Origin: a virus | Virus record (IMG/VR): IMGVR_UViG_3300035182_000466 | Location: 1 to 64,000 of that record | DNA: 64,000 nt | Direction: 5' to 3' (one strand) | Shown: positions 1 through 9,872 of the stretch, one piece after another | Layout: every line of letters begins with the position of its first letter | Position numbering within the stretch: position 1 is the stretch's first letter | The notes under the pieces: model-generated | What the model was told of the DNA's origin: nothing | Seen by the model: the letters and a program-made list of their open reading frames with translations, nothing else | Databases searched by the model: none | Made by a program: the position numbers and the translations under genes

Positions 1-2127
1 TCCTCCTCCTATTATACCTAGAGCTTTACCTGTTGAAGTCATTCCTGACATTGCACCATGACTACTAGCTCCACCACCAGACTTAGTAATAGCTGCTCCC
101 ATAGCTACAGGTGCTAATCTACCATCAGGACCTTGTAACATCTTTATATACTTTTCATCCTGCAATAATGCAAAACCTAAAGCGGCTGCTCTAAATAAAT
201 CATCTGTTAATCCCCCACCTTTAGTTACTGTGTGTCCCGTATCCTGAACAGTTACACATTGTAAAAAGAAATGAGCTACTGGAGCTTGAGCGAAACACTT
301 AGGATAATCTGCATAATTAAAATTTATAACCTCATCCATTGTTTTCCACTCACAACGAGGAAAAATTACTTCTTTGTCTATTATGTAGTCTTTAAACAAG
401 GTCATATCTGAATACTTTACTGAATACTGTTTTGTCTCAATATTATAGTCCTGTTCAATATCAGATAATAACTTTAAGTTTTGCCATCTATCTGTTGCAA
501 CCAATTTTACATTCTGCTTTTCTATAATAGGTTTAATAACGTGTTTATAGATCAAGCTATAGTTTAATGGAACTCCAGGTTTAGGTTGTATCTCTATAAA
601 GGTTCTATAAGATACGAATTTAGTTGTCTTGTCTATAGAAGATACAACGCAAGCAAAACTGTTATTACTAAAACCTGCATCCAATGTAAGTATTGTAGGA
701 TTTATTATCTCTCGTAGTATAACAGATCCATATCTGCTAGGTTCATCTTTCTTATTTTTATGCTGCTTATACTTAAATTGCTCAAGTTTATTTCCTACAT
801 TTACAGAACATTGTTCTACATACTCTATGTTGTTTATCAAAGGACTATTAGCAAGAGGAGGATTAGCACCATAGTCACGTTCTGCTGCTACTGGATCCTT
901 CTTATATTCATCCTCTAAGTCTTCTTTAGTTACGTTAGGATTCATTTCCCAAGTAGGCCGATGAAATGCAAATATCTTTTTACTTATCTTTGCCTTATTA
1001 ACCAACTCCATTACTTTATCACGAGCATGTGAAGGAGAACTAACATTGGCAAAAAATGCTGTTGGTATGTTATCATAACCTTGTTTTAGCAAGCGGTTAG
1101 CAGCAGCACGAACGGTAAGTAAGGAACGCTCCATTGCAATATAAATTTCATTTGCATCATCTTTTACTTTATTCTTTTGAGCATCATTATCAAACCAACC
1201 AATCTCGTCTATTGCCCCAAAGAAACGAGTACGACCACGCAAGGTTTTCTTGTTAGGACCAGAAGGATACAGGATTAAGTTACGGTGTCTATAGAGAATA
1301 AACGTATCCTTCAACTTAAATATTTCTTCACCATACTTTTCATTATAGGTTGAGAGTAACTGGTGATACCCAGAGAACCAAGGACTGTTTGAAAGATACT
1401 CCATGAAAGGATCCCACAGAGTATCTTTAGCCTGTGCATACGTTAAAGCAACGAAAGTTCCATGTAAGATAGTAGCAGGAATTAAACCCATTAGCTGAAC
1501 AGGATTTTGTAGTTTAAGATACCTGTGAACTATATACGCTGCTATCATTGCTACTAATGCTGACTTAGCAGAACGTTGTCCAGCACACCCAGCCAATTCC
1601 TGATATGAATTAAGTTCTCCATTTTTTATTAGTTCAGATTTACCAATTCCGCATTTAGGACATACACCAAATTCTAATAACGTTACTTTTCTTATAAACT
1701 TTCTATAAGATGCATTTACAGGAACATTGTTAAACCAATTCATATCAGTGCAACGAGGACAAAATTCTGAAAATAGTTTTGTCCCAATTTCATTTTGTCT
1801 TGCAAAGCCTTTTACATTCAAAAAGTCCGGGCTATTCAAAAAAGTAACAAAGTTGGGAGCGGTAGGCATCGAGGAGTCATCAATTTTGACATCCAACGGA
1901 ACACCTAACTCACTCCCAAGGATTTTCTTAACTAGTTTATTTATATTGAAGTTATCTTCAAGACTGGTTATGTTTTTACTCAAAGATAAAGACGCTGTGG
2001 TTGTTTCCTTATCTTCAAATTGTCCTAAAGAACCAGAAGAAAAATCCATTGATAAATCAACTTTTGTTATTTCTGAGGTTACTATCTTATTACTCTTTTT
2101 TACTTTTTTCTTTTTTAATGATTGCAT
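1..2127 (-). CDS. terL: Terminase large subunit (3' end beyond window start)
   Basis: Manual translation from ATG 2127 (MQSLKKKKVK...) stays open for 709 codons to position 1. Walker A AGQRSAKS, Walker B RGRTRFFGAIDEIGWFD, coupling motif NVSSP, RNase H-like nuclease acids in TLDAGFSNNSF, ATDRWQN and TDDLFRA. Confidence 0.92.
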   Translation of the reverse strand, partial: MQSLKKKKVKKSNKIVTSEITKVDLSMDFSSGSLGQFEDKETTTASLSLSKNITSLEDNFNINKLVKKILGSELGVPLDVKIDDSSMPTAPNFVTFLNSPDFLNVKGFARQNEIGTKLFSEFCPRCTDMNWFNNVPVNASYRKFIRKVTLLEFGVCPKCGIGKSELIKNGELNSYQELAGCAGQRSAKSALVAMIAAYIVHRYLKLQNPVQLMGLIPATILHGTFVALTYAQAKDTLWDPFMEYLSNSPWFSGYHQLLSTYNEKYGEEIFKLKDTFILYRHRNLILYPSGPNKKTLRGRTRFFGAIDEIGWFDNDAQKNKVKDDANEIYIAMERSLLTVRAAANRLLKQGYDNIPTAFFANVSSPSHARDKVMELVNKAKISKKIFAFHRPTWEMNPNVTKEDLEDEYKKDPVAAERDYGANPPLANSPLINNIEYVEQCSVNVGNKLEQFKYKQHKNKKDEPSRYGSVILREIINPTILTLDAGFSNNSFACVVSSIDKTTKFVSYRTFIEIQPKPGVPLNYSLIYKHVIKPIIEKQNVKLVATDRWQNLKLLSDIEQDYNIETKQYSVKYSDMTLFKDYIIDKEVIFPRCEWKTMDEVINFNYADYPKCFAQAPVAHFFLQCVTVQDTGHTVTKGGGLTDDLFRAAALGFALLQDEKYIKMLQGPDGRLAPVAMGAAITKSGGGASSHGAMSGMTSTGKALGIIGGG

Positions 2128-2136
2128 AAATTTTCC

Positions 2137-2865
2137 TTAATTTACTCTACGCATTAACCTTGTTCCTTTTGGTGCTATACTTTGATTATTATAAACATGC
2201 ATTTCTTGAGGTTTAATCAAAGTGAGTTCTTGAATGTCGTCTTCATTATTTTTAACATCTTTAAGCTCACATGGACTTGAAGGACGTAGCATATCTGAAG
2301 ACCATCTAACTGCCAGAGCTGAATGCTTATCTATTGGTTTACTTTCATAAACATCTAAGTTCAAGTGTTTGCTATTCTTATCTATATACTGTGGATTAAA
2401 TTGTATCTTCTCTCCACCTTTTTCTGGTACAAAAGGAAGATATAAGTTATCAGAATTTAAACTTCTATTACGAAGACCATAAGGAAATATATGTACTGGT
2501 ACTAATACTTTATCACCATATATCTCCTTTATAGCTATACACCTATTTCTACCTTCATGTTCTTCTACTTTCCAATAGGAACCATCTACGTCTTCTCTTA
2601 ACTTAACAGACAAAAAAGGATATCCCAAAGGTATATTCTGCTCAATTAGACCTTTGTAAAAATCAGGTTTAAGATTTGTACTAGTTGCAGCTAAAGATAA
2701 AAATTGAGAGGGCCTCATGTATATAGTAAATCCAAAGTATTGGATATCCATACTATTAGGCACAGTATTACAACCAGTTTTAGCATCAAATAAATTATCT
2801 AAAGTTCTCAAACCGTTTATAGTAAAACTAGAAGCTTTAACTATTTTAATTTTGTTTATCTTCAT
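2137..2865 (-). CDS. ParB/Srx-like domain protein
   Basis: GYPFLSV...WKVEEHEGRNRCIAI resembles the ParB/Srx (D/E)GxxR motif; GGAG RBS upstream. Confidence 0.5.
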   Translation of the reverse strand: MKINKIKIVKASSFTINGLRTLDNLFDAKTGCNTVPNSMDIQYFGFTIYMRPSQFLSLAATSTNLKPDFYKGLIEQNIPLGYPFLSVKLREDVDGSYWKVEEHEGRNRCIAIKEIYGDKVLVPVHIFPYGLRNRSLNSDNLYLPFVPEKGGEKIQFNPQYIDKNSKHLNLDVYESKPIDKHSALAVRWSSDMLRPSSPCELKDVKNNEDDIQELTLIKPQEMHVYNNQSIAPKGTRLMRRVN

Positions 2866-2881
2866 TAGATTCTCCTAGTAG

Positions 2882-3271
2882 TTATGCAGGTACTTGCTTC
2901 CAGAATCCCATTGAGTCTCTAGCCCACTTTGTGGTTCCAGCCTGCGGCTTCTTAGCAGGCTTACTCATAGGTCTATATTTATCTGAAGGATTTTCACTAA
3001 CAGCTCCATTATAATATAAGAAATCCATTAGAACTGAAGGATAGATTTTAAATTCATTTATTAGCACATTATTAGGAAGTTTTTTATCAATGTCTAATTT
3101 ATCACTCGTTAGATGTATGTACGATGCGTATTTTTTATATTTAATAGACTCTAAGTCTTCTAATTTTATCTTTTTTCCTAAGGCTCTATGAAGAGCTTTT
3201 AATACATCGTACTCTTGTTGAATATCCAAAGATTGTTCTTTTTTTCTGAAGGTTATTTTTATTTTTTTCAT
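2882..3271 (-). CDS. Hypothetical basic protein with leader motif
   Basis: 129-aa ORF overlapping the stop of 3268..3522; starts MKKIKITF. Confidence 0.6.
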   Translation of the reverse strand: MKKIKITFRKKEQSLDIQQEYDVLKALHRALGKKIKLEDLESIKYKKYASYIHLTSDKLDIDKKLPNNVLINEFKIYPSVLMDFLYYNGAVSENPSDKYRPMSKPAKKPQAGTTKWARDSMGFWKQVPA

Positions 3272-3522
3272 TCGTTTACTCCGTCATAATATAAGTTTAT
3301 ACTATAGGTTAAATCAGTATCTACTGCTTTAAGATATTCCTCAGTAACATCTAACATTTCATCTCTGAAAAGAGATAATGCTACACAACGTTTAATACAA
3401 CTAGGATAATTCCTGTTAGGACATATTGTCTTATTAACTATATCTATACATGGACTAGATAAATTTGCTTGTTTGGAATAAAGGCTAGTAGAATTTGAAG
3501 GCGTTGCCATTAGGATCTCCAA
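3268..3522 (-). CDS. Small Cys-containing hypothetical protein
   Basis: Fills the gap in the operon; C-x7-C-x7-C-x3-C. True start probably the internal ATG (MATPS). Confidence 0.5.
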   Translation of the reverse strand: MEILMATPSNSTSLYSKQANLSSPCIDIVNKTICPNRNYPSCIKRCVALSLFRDEMLDVTEEYLKAVDTDLTYSINLYYDGVNE

Positions 3523-3524
3523 GT

Positions 3525-5183
3525 TTAGCTTAAAGTTAAAGTTTCCTTTCCATTTACTAAAGGATGATAATTTTTTATTATCTTATATACAAAATAACAG
3601 CGTTTAGCAAGACGTTCAAAATCTTTTACTCTAGGATAGAATCTATCTTGTAGTTCCTTAGATGGAATGTAGAAAGTATTTATATCTCTTAAGCGCATTT
3701 CACGGATAAAAATAGACATTATCCATTCAGGAAGCCATTTAAGTGAATCTTCAAAATAAGTAATTTTATCATCAACAACAATGTCATCTAACCATAGCTC
3801 TTGCTTATAGTTAATATAACGAATGTATCCAAGAATGTACTGATTAGGTAAATAAGGTTTTTCTTTATTACCTAATTTTTTTGACATAGTTATTAGTTGA
3901 TCTTTATCAAAAGATAAGTTCAATAATTTTATAGCATCTACATAAATAACGAAATAAACTGAGTCTTGTTCAAAAATATTAGAATTTTTATTAGTATCTT
4001 CAAGTCTAGCAATTCTGTAGTTTTTTAAGATAAATCTTTTTATATCTGATTTTTCTGATTTATCTTTGAACTCAATTACTTGATCTAAAGTTATTGAAGG
4101 ACCTTTTACAGAATCGAGTATTTTCTTTATTCTTAGATCTACCCATTTCTCACCCTTCAACTCTGTTTTATAAATATCTTTTTTGCGAAGAACCTGAAAG
4201 AATCGGTACAACTTTAACTGTGACAAAGATAAGCCCTCTGGTATACGCATTCTCTTGTCAGATTTTTCTTTAAACTTTAATTCATTTAAATAGTCTTCAA
4301 GCACATCTTGATCTATATTTGATACATCATCAAAAATATTTGGATTCTTACTGATAGCTCTTAATGCTACTTTCTGAACCAATTTAGTTGGATTTTTTAT
4401 GTATTTAAAAGTAGTTATATTTGTTTTTACAGCATCCAATTGGATTTCTTCAGTAGGATCTTTTATAAAAGGAAGTAGCTGACGATTTTTTCTGTAAGCT
4501 GCCTCACCAGCTTTAGGTGTAGGATTATCAATATATCTATATGCATATCCTTTATCACTATTATCTATAGCTAAAAGTTGTAAATTTTCGTCTGGATTTT
4601 TTACATATTCTATCGTTATACCTTCAGAGGTTATAGCTTGTATACAAGTTTTACGAGTAGGGTATTTTATAAAAGCTAAAGAAGCAGGATTTTCTGTAAC
4701 AGCTATTAATTGTAATTCTTCAGTAGGATCATCTAAAAGTTGTATTACAAGTCCATTTTGATGCAAAGCTAACTTTTTATATTCTTCTTTAAGTTTACCA
4801 TCTGCTAGTAAATGCTTTATACAAAAAGGATCATTTAAGATAGCAGTCTTAATCTGCTCATCAGTTGGATCTTTAACATATTGTATAGCCATTCCATTCT
4901 GCTTTAAGGCTTCTAAGATAACTTTATTAGTTGGTGTCTTAATCTTGGATAAATATAGTCCATTAGATCTAACCGCATTGATACAATCAACTTCTGTTAC
5001 ATTATGTAAGTTCTCTATTAAAGATGGAAGCTCAGTTAAAGCTTCTTTCTTCATTTCTTCTGTAGGATCTTTTATAGATAGAATTAAAGAAGGATTTTCT
5101 TTAAGTTTGTCTAAAATAGACACTTCTTCTACATTCTCATTTGCGGCTTTTACTATATCATACTTTATGACATTTATCTTCAT
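3525..5183 (-). CDS. DUF4116-like helical repeat protein
   Basis: About 12 tandem ~22-aa repeats of type (I)xYIKDPTEExxxxA(V/I)xxNG in the N-terminal half. Confidence 0.7.
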   Translation of the reverse strand: MKINVIKYDIVKAANENVEEVSILDKLKENPSLILSIKDPTEEMKKEALTELPSLIENLHNVTEVDCINAVRSNGLYLSKIKTPTNKVILEALKQNGMAIQYVKDPTDEQIKTAILNDPFCIKHLLADGKLKEEYKKLALHQNGLVIQLLDDPTEELQLIAVTENPASLAFIKYPTRKTCIQAITSEGITIEYVKNPDENLQLLAIDNSDKGYAYRYIDNPTPKAGEAAYRKNRQLLPFIKDPTEEIQLDAVKTNITTFKYIKNPTKLVQKVALRAISKNPNIFDDVSNIDQDVLEDYLNELKFKEKSDKRMRIPEGLSLSQLKLYRFFQVLRKKDIYKTELKGEKWVDLRIKKILDSVKGPSITLDQVIEFKDKSEKSDIKRFILKNYRIARLEDTNKNSNIFEQDSVYFVIYVDAIKLLNLSFDKDQLITMSKKLGNKEKPYLPNQYILGYIRYINYKQELWLDDIVVDDKITYFEDSLKWLPEWIMSIFIREMRLRDINTFYIPSKELQDRFYPRVKDFERLAKRCYFVYKIIKNYHPLVNGKETLTLS

Positions 5184-5194
5184 AAATTTACCAC

Positions 5195-5479
5195 CTACTC
5201 TACTCTAGATCTTAAGTGTCTATGTTTCTTTTTATGACAAACATCACAGAGTGCCATTAGGTTTGACTGTGCGTTAGATCCACCTTTAGATCTAGGAATA
5301 ATATGGTGAGCTCTATTAGCTCTTCCACCACAACTGGCACAAATTCTATTTGCTAAACGTAAACAAGTTTCAGAAATTTCAGACCAATTATCTCCATAAT
5401 CCAAAGTTCTTACTTGTTTACTAGTTAGTTTATTAGATGTTTTTTTATTAAAGCATTTTACAAAACGGTATTCACTCAT
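5195..5479 (-). CDS. HNH endonuclease
   Basis: CASCG...AHHIIPRSKGGSNAQSNLMALCDVCHKKKH is the canonical zinc-binding HNH pattern. Confidence 0.9.
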   Translation of the reverse strand: MSEYRFVKCFNKKTSNKLTSKQVRTLDYGDNWSEISETCLRLANRICASCGGRANRAHHIIPRSKGGSNAQSNLMALCDVCHKKKHRHLRSRVE

Positions 5480-5494
5480 AAATTTCTTTCACTA

Positions 5495-6322
5495 TTACTT
5501 TGATTTATCTCTTAAGGTAATACCCCACTGTCTAACCCAATTACCTCTATCTCTAGTTACATTGCGAAACATAAAAACTTCTACAAGAGTATTGGGTCTT
5601 AAAAGATCATCTAAGCTTTTCATGAATCTGACTCCACTCTTATCCCATTTCTCTCTAATTAGTTCTTCCGCATAACTATGTAAGCCAGAACGATTTCCTA
5701 AACCTGCCCAAACAGTTTTACCGTTTATTTTAATTTTATCTCCATCCATAGCTGCATTTTTTAGTCTAGTAGCTGTATCTGAGTATTCTTTTGTTCCAGG
5801 AACAGATGGTTTAACCTTAGTTTTATTTACTAGTTCTTTAGTTTCTTTCCTTAGTTTTTTCTCTGCCTCTTTTTCAGCTTTTCTTTTAGAAAGATCTTGA
5901 TTATACTTTTCGTCAGCCTCAGCGAATGGGTCAAAACCAGCCTTCATTCTCATCAGATCACGATTTAAGTCTCTCAGGTCATCAGAGGTCTGCTTCTTAC
6001 TCAAAGGTGTTCTCGCCCTATTTAATTTATTTTCTACATCTTTAATATCTTTAGTTATCTGCTCAATAGCTCTTTTTTTATCAGAGCTAGATTTAAACTT
6101 AATATCTATACCACTCACACTTTTTGGTATCTCAGTTACCTTTTTAGGTGCATCAGGCCCTGTAAGTGCTTTCTTTGCATTATCTATACTCTTCTTTGCA
6201 TTCTTAGCGTACTTACTTTTAGGATGATCTTTTATATATTTCTTTTGAAATTCTTTTGTTTGTGATGACCACCACTTATCGTCTGTACTAACAGTAGTAA
6301 ATCTTATTTTAATTGTCTTCAT
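5495..6322 (-). CDS. Hypothetical basic protein with WW...HPxSKY module
   Basis: 275-aa ORF; N-terminal DDKWWSSQTKEFQKKYIKDHPKSKYAK is shared with two neighbouring proteins. Confidence 0.7.
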   Translation of the reverse strand: MKTIKIRFTTVSTDDKWWSSQTKEFQKKYIKDHPKSKYAKNAKKSIDNAKKALTGPDAPKKVTEIPKSVSGIDIKFKSSSDKKRAIEQITKDIKDVENKLNRARTPLSKKQTSDDLRDLNRDLMRMKAGFDPFAEADEKYNQDLSKRKAEKEAEKKLRKETKELVNKTKVKPSVPGTKEYSDTATRLKNAAMDGDKIKINGKTVWAGLGNRSGLHSYAEELIREKWDKSGVRFMKSLDDLLRPNTLVEVFMFRNVTRDRGNWVRQWGITLRDKSK

Positions 6323-6334
6323 AAACTGCCCCTT

Positions 6335-7204
6335 TTATTTATTCTTAGTAATATCTTCATGCTTCTTAAGATCAGCTATTGCTTTCTCCCAAGCTTCTTT
6401 TGGGATATTTCCAGATTCTATGAACTTTATTAAACTATCAGTTAGATGAGATAAAACCTCATCATTAGATATGTCTCTTAGTTTGTTTGTATCGGAGGAA
6501 GCCAAAGAATGTAAAACATCTATGCCTAAGATTCCACCTGTTACTCCAGTACTAGCTCCCATTGCATAAGCAGTAGAACGTATTGTTGTCTTTAATACAA
6601 CATCTTTCAATACGTCAAAAGCAGTATGCTTAATCGCAGCAGCGAGTCCATGTGCAAAGCCACCTGTTATAGCAACAGAAGCTGCGGTAATAGCTGCATC
6701 TATAACAAGGGTCTTAACAGCTTTTTTCTCATGGTCAGAAATTTGTTTACCGGTTGCAATTTTCTTTATAGCTTTACAGCCATCTTTCCATTCATGAACT
6801 TGATGTTTAAGGCCATCCATTAAATCAGTCTTACTTGTTCTTAAATGTTTCGCTAAAGATTTTCTTTCATCACTATTTGGTTTATCTTGCTTATTCTTAA
6901 AGAAATCTTGATAGTTTTTACTTAGCTTAGAAATTGGTTCCTTAAATACTGAAAACATGCTAGGTAACTTTTGTTGTTTATCTTTAGTATCTTTATCTTT
7001 ATCTTTATCTTTATCTTTATTATTAGATGAGTCTTTAGGTTTAGCTACTCTACCACTATATTTTTGTTTCGCAAATTTACTATTAGGATGTTTATCTATA
7101 TAATCATCTTGCTGATCTTTGGTCATATTATAGAACCAGTCATCATTAGATAATGTTATCCTTTTCCTGTGAATAGGTTTTATGTACACAGTTAAAGTTC
7201 TCAT
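6335..7204 (-). CDS. Hypothetical protein with WW...HPxSK module and hydrophobic Ala/Gly-rich helices
   Basis: NDDWFYNMTKDQQDDYIDKHPNSKFAK, a KDKDKD linker, and LVIDAAITAASVAITGGFAHGLAAAI. Confidence 0.7.
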   Translation of the reverse strand: MRTLTVYIKPIHRKRITLSNDDWFYNMTKDQQDDYIDKHPNSKFAKQKYSGRVAKPKDSSNNKDKDKDKDKDTKDKQQKLPSMFSVFKEPISKLSKNYQDFFKNKQDKPNSDERKSLAKHLRTSKTDLMDGLKHQVHEWKDGCKAIKKIATGKQISDHEKKAVKTLVIDAAITAASVAITGGFAHGLAAAIKHTAFDVLKDVVLKTTIRSTAYAMGASTGVTGGILGIDVLHSLASSDTNKLRDISNDEVLSHLTDSLIKFIESGNIPKEAWEKAIADLKKHEDITKNK

Positions 7205-7884
7205 TGTTTATCACCTACAAGTAATATTTTTATATCTTCAACTACTTTAGTATATTGCGCTTGAAATTGTTTTCCAGCCTCTATAGTAATATCATCTATA
7301 TCTTCAAAAGTTCTTTTTACTTTATTCTCAATTAGACGATCTTTTATTTTAAGTTTAACTGTGTACATGCTATCTGCATAGCTTTGCACAATAGTAGTGA
7401 ACAAAGGACGAACCACTCTCTCGACTATCCTATCCACATGATCAGATAAATCGGTTAGACTACGCAAGTCTGCAATAGTTTCTCGTAGTTGGGTATATAA
7501 GGTAGCTAGTTGGTATGCACCTTGACCATTTTTTGATCTAAGACAAGATCTTTCAGTTTTTCTTATGATACGTCTTAGTTGTCTATACATATCAAGATAA
7601 ACAGCCCGATGATCATTTTCATCTATAGAAGAAGACTTAATATCAGACTTCATTTTATCTATAAGTTCTTGTGCCGCAGTTTCTTCAATTTTAGCAATGT
7701 TCTTTGCTTTATTTAACTTCTTTATCTTCTTCTCTGTAGTTCTTGGTTTTAACTTTTTTGATGAAGATGAGGATGAAGATTTAACAGAGCTAGAATCAAC
7801 TTTAACTAGCTTCTTTTTCTTTTTAGTTGATAACGTAAGTTCTGTCTTATTAGTATTAGATTTCATAACAGCCTCATTATTCAA
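7201..7884 (-). CDS. Hypothetical helical protein with Lys/Ser-rich N-terminus
   Basis: 227-aa ORF overlapping both neighbours. Confidence 0.65.
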   Translation of the reverse strand: MNNEAVMKSNTNKTELTLSTKKKKKLVKVDSSSVKSSSSSSSKKLKPRTTEKKIKKLNKAKNIAKIEETAAQELIDKMKSDIKSSSIDENDHRAVYLDMYRQLRRIIRKTERSCLRSKNGQGAYQLATLYTQLRETIADLRSLTDLSDHVDRIVERVVRPLFTTIVQSYADSMYTVKLKIKDRLIENKVKRTFEDIDDITIEAGKQFQAQYTKVVEDIKILLVGDKQ

Positions 7885-8209
7885 ATATCAGACCTTCTTC
7901 TTTTCCTAAGGCATGTATAGCGGTTATAAGCTCATCATATGTTTTTATCTTACCATCATCATAGAGCTCGGCTATTAGCTCAAATAAAGTATCCTTATCT
8001 TCTCGCTCTAATATATCTCCATAGTTGTCATCTACATATCTATTAAAGTCTCTTTTAAGGTCAAAACTCTTTTTTCCTCTTTTCCTTTTAAGAGTAGCAG
8101 GGTCTTCTAGCTTAGTATCATCCAAGCCTTTCATTATTCTATTTCTTTTAAAGTTAATTGAAGTTTGGGCTTCAGTTTTATCTATATATACTAAACTTTT
8201 TATTTTCAT
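7877..8209 (-). CDS. Hypothetical protein
   Basis: ORF track start is 8221; ATG 8209 (MKIKSLVY) follows a GGAG RBS. Confidence 0.6.
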   Translation of the reverse strand: MKIKSLVYIDKTEAQTSINFKRNRIMKGLDDTKLEDPATLKRKRGKKSFDLKRDFNRYVDDNYGDILEREDKDTLFELIAELYDDGKIKTYDELITAIHALGKEEGLIFE

Positions 8210-8236
8210 TGGTAACTCCATCGTTTATATAATAAA

Positions 8237-8263
8237 CTGAGAGGGGACTTAAGCCCCTCTCAG
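8237..8263 (-). terminator. Intrinsic terminator for the 8362..9228 transcript
   Basis: Perfect 10-bp stem CTGAGAGGGG/CCCCTCTCAG, followed by TTTATTAT on the minus strand. Confidence 0.7.
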
Positions 8264-8267
8264 CTAT

Positions 8268-8350
8268 AGCCCGTTGCAAGCTGCGGTCACATCTGGCCTG
8301 ATGTAGTCTTAGCTACCATAAGTGAGAATGTCGTTATCTTGCGGTGGGCC
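8268..8350. ncRNA. Putative small structured RNA element
   Basis: GC-rich intergenic stretch. GCCCGTTGCAAG pairs with CTTGCGGTGGGC and encloses the hairpins ACATC/GATGT and CTTA/TAAG. Confidence 0.4.
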
Positions 8351-8361
8351 TTAATTATCTA

Positions 8362-9228
8362 TTAGCAAAAAGCATGTTTCTTTAAACGATCAATAAGCAT
8401 ATTTGCATATTGTGGGTTATATTGGAACCAACGCTTGTAATAGCTTATAATAGCGTTAATATCAATTGCAGAAGAAGAGGTTTCAACCATTTCATCTTCT
8501 TCTGGAAGTTTAACCTTATCTTCATCAATAGTAGCTGTATCTTGAATGTCAAAAGCATCAATTACTTCTGGATCATCTTCACCTTCAGCAATTACCATTA
8601 ACTTTTGATTCTCAGTGTCTGTAGCAATAACAAAACCACAGCAAATTTCACCTTTAGTTAAATAGCTAATGAAGTCACCAGCATTTGCTAAAATAGTATT
8701 AAATCCACTTGACTTTCTTTGTCTAACATTTGAAGATGAGCATTCTTTCAAGAAGTTGTTAAGTTCTTCAGAAGTCTCAATATCTGATTTCTTATATAGG
8801 AAGTCACCAGTCTTATGCCAAATGCAGTCTTGATCGTCCATGAACATATTTGAAGCAACAGCCTTCATCTTAGTACCTTCTTCGGAAGAAGCTTCAATAA
8901 TTTCTACATTAGGTACAACGAATCCCTGTAGCTCAAAACGTACATTATTTACATCGGAACTGGAAGACTCAACAAGTTTAAAAGATCTAGCTACAGCTCT
9001 TAATTTACCTTTAAATTGAGCGTTAATAGCTTTAAAAACATCTTGTTTAGAAGTGTTCTCAGAAGCTACCACAGCTACCTTTACTTTGCCTTTATCACCG
9101 CAAGACTCAAAATCAAGTACGGATACAGAAAGGCGATCCATTGTGCTTGCTAATTCTGCAATTATACTTCTTCCGATTTCTTTCATTCTAGTTCTCCTTT
9201 GTCCTTGTGTTTGTAATCTCCGTGTCAT
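8362..9228 (-). CDS. Probable virion structural protein
   Basis: 288 aa with its own upstream TGTAATTT motif, AGGAG RBS and downstream terminator. Function inferred from context only. Confidence 0.55.
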   Translation of the reverse strand: MTRRLQTQGQRRTRMKEIGRSIIAELASTMDRLSVSVLDFESCGDKGKVKVAVVASENTSKQDVFKAINAQFKGKLRAVARSFKLVESSSSDVNNVRFELQGFVVPNVEIIEASSEEGTKMKAVASNMFMDDQDCIWHKTGDFLYKKSDIETSEELNNFLKECSSSNVRQRKSSGFNTILANAGDFISYLTKGEICCGFVIATDTENQKLMVIAEGEDDPEVIDAFDIQDTATIDEDKVKLPEEDEMVETSSSAIDINAIISYYKRWFQYNPQYANMLIDRLKKHAFC

Positions 9229-9277
9229 ATCACGGTCTCCTAGATAGTTATAATAAAATTAACCTATTTCTATACTT

Positions 9278-9285
9278 AAATTACA
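9278..9285 (-). promoter_or_regulatory. Recurrent TGTAATTT putative phage promoter element
   Basis: The same 8-mer lies upstream of ORFs at 13116-13123(-) and 22420-22427(-) and of the ncRNA at 23823-23830(+). Confidence 0.5.
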
Positions 9286-9288
9286 TAA

Positions 9289-9538
9289 TTATTTAAGATG
9301 ATATTCAGAAATAGCCTGTATAGTATATCTATCCTCTATAAAAGTTATATTATAGTATCTGTCCATTGCTTCTACATCAACCTCAGCTTTATCTCCAACA
9401 TAGGCCAACATCTTAGCATGCTCTCGTCTTTATATACCAAAGTCACTTACATCAAATTCTTTTACATTTGGTAGTAAAATTACTTTTTATCCTTACTTGA
9501 ATATCTCCTGAAGATATCTAAATCTTTAAAAACTTCAT
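9289..9538 (-). pseudogene. Disrupted ~80-codon gene
   Basis: Reads MKFLKI*ISSGDIQV, a frameshift, then KVILLPNVKEFDVSDFGI*RREHAKMLAYVGDKAEV...ISEYHLK*. It exactly fills the intergenic gap. Confidence 0.55.
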
Positions 9539-9550
9539 ATAGTTTCTTTT

Positions 9551-9871
9551 TTACCAATAAATTAAATATTCATGCTTTTCTTTAACAAAACCTTCAGAAC
9601 CCTGTGACTCTACAGAAATATAAGGTAAACGCTTCTGTCCATCAGATATATACCAAAAGTGTTGCATAGATTTACCCATGTTATCATAACCTAAACGTTT
9701 TAGCTGTTCATAAGCTATATCCATTTTTGTTGACATAATTTGAGGAGTAGTTACAATGGATAATACTTCTTGATCTTCTACTTGTTTAGGTTTAGCCCCG
9801 AGTTGTTGAAAAATAGCATTTAGTCGTTCATCAAAGTTATTGTTTGCAATGATTATCTTTTTTATCTTCAT
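9551..9871 (-). CDS. Hypothetical protein
   Basis: ATG 9871 (MKIKKIIIA) follows a GGGAG RBS; ORF track start is 9901. Confidence 0.6.
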   Translation of the reverse strand: MKIKKIIIANNNFDERLNAIFQQLGAKPKQVEDQEVLSIVTTPQIMSTKMDIAYEQLKRLGYDNMGKSMQHFWYISDGQKRLPYISVESQGSEGFVKEKHEYLIYW

Positions 9872-9872
9872 G

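Noticed and set aside
629-2140. Plus-strand ORFs 629..874 and 1727..2140, and similar antisense ORFs elsewhere
   Set aside because: They are antisense shadows of the terminase and other clear genes.
6978-7022. (TCTTTA)n microsatellite
   Set aside because: It is an in-frame hexamer encoding a KDKDKD linker and would not cause phase variation.
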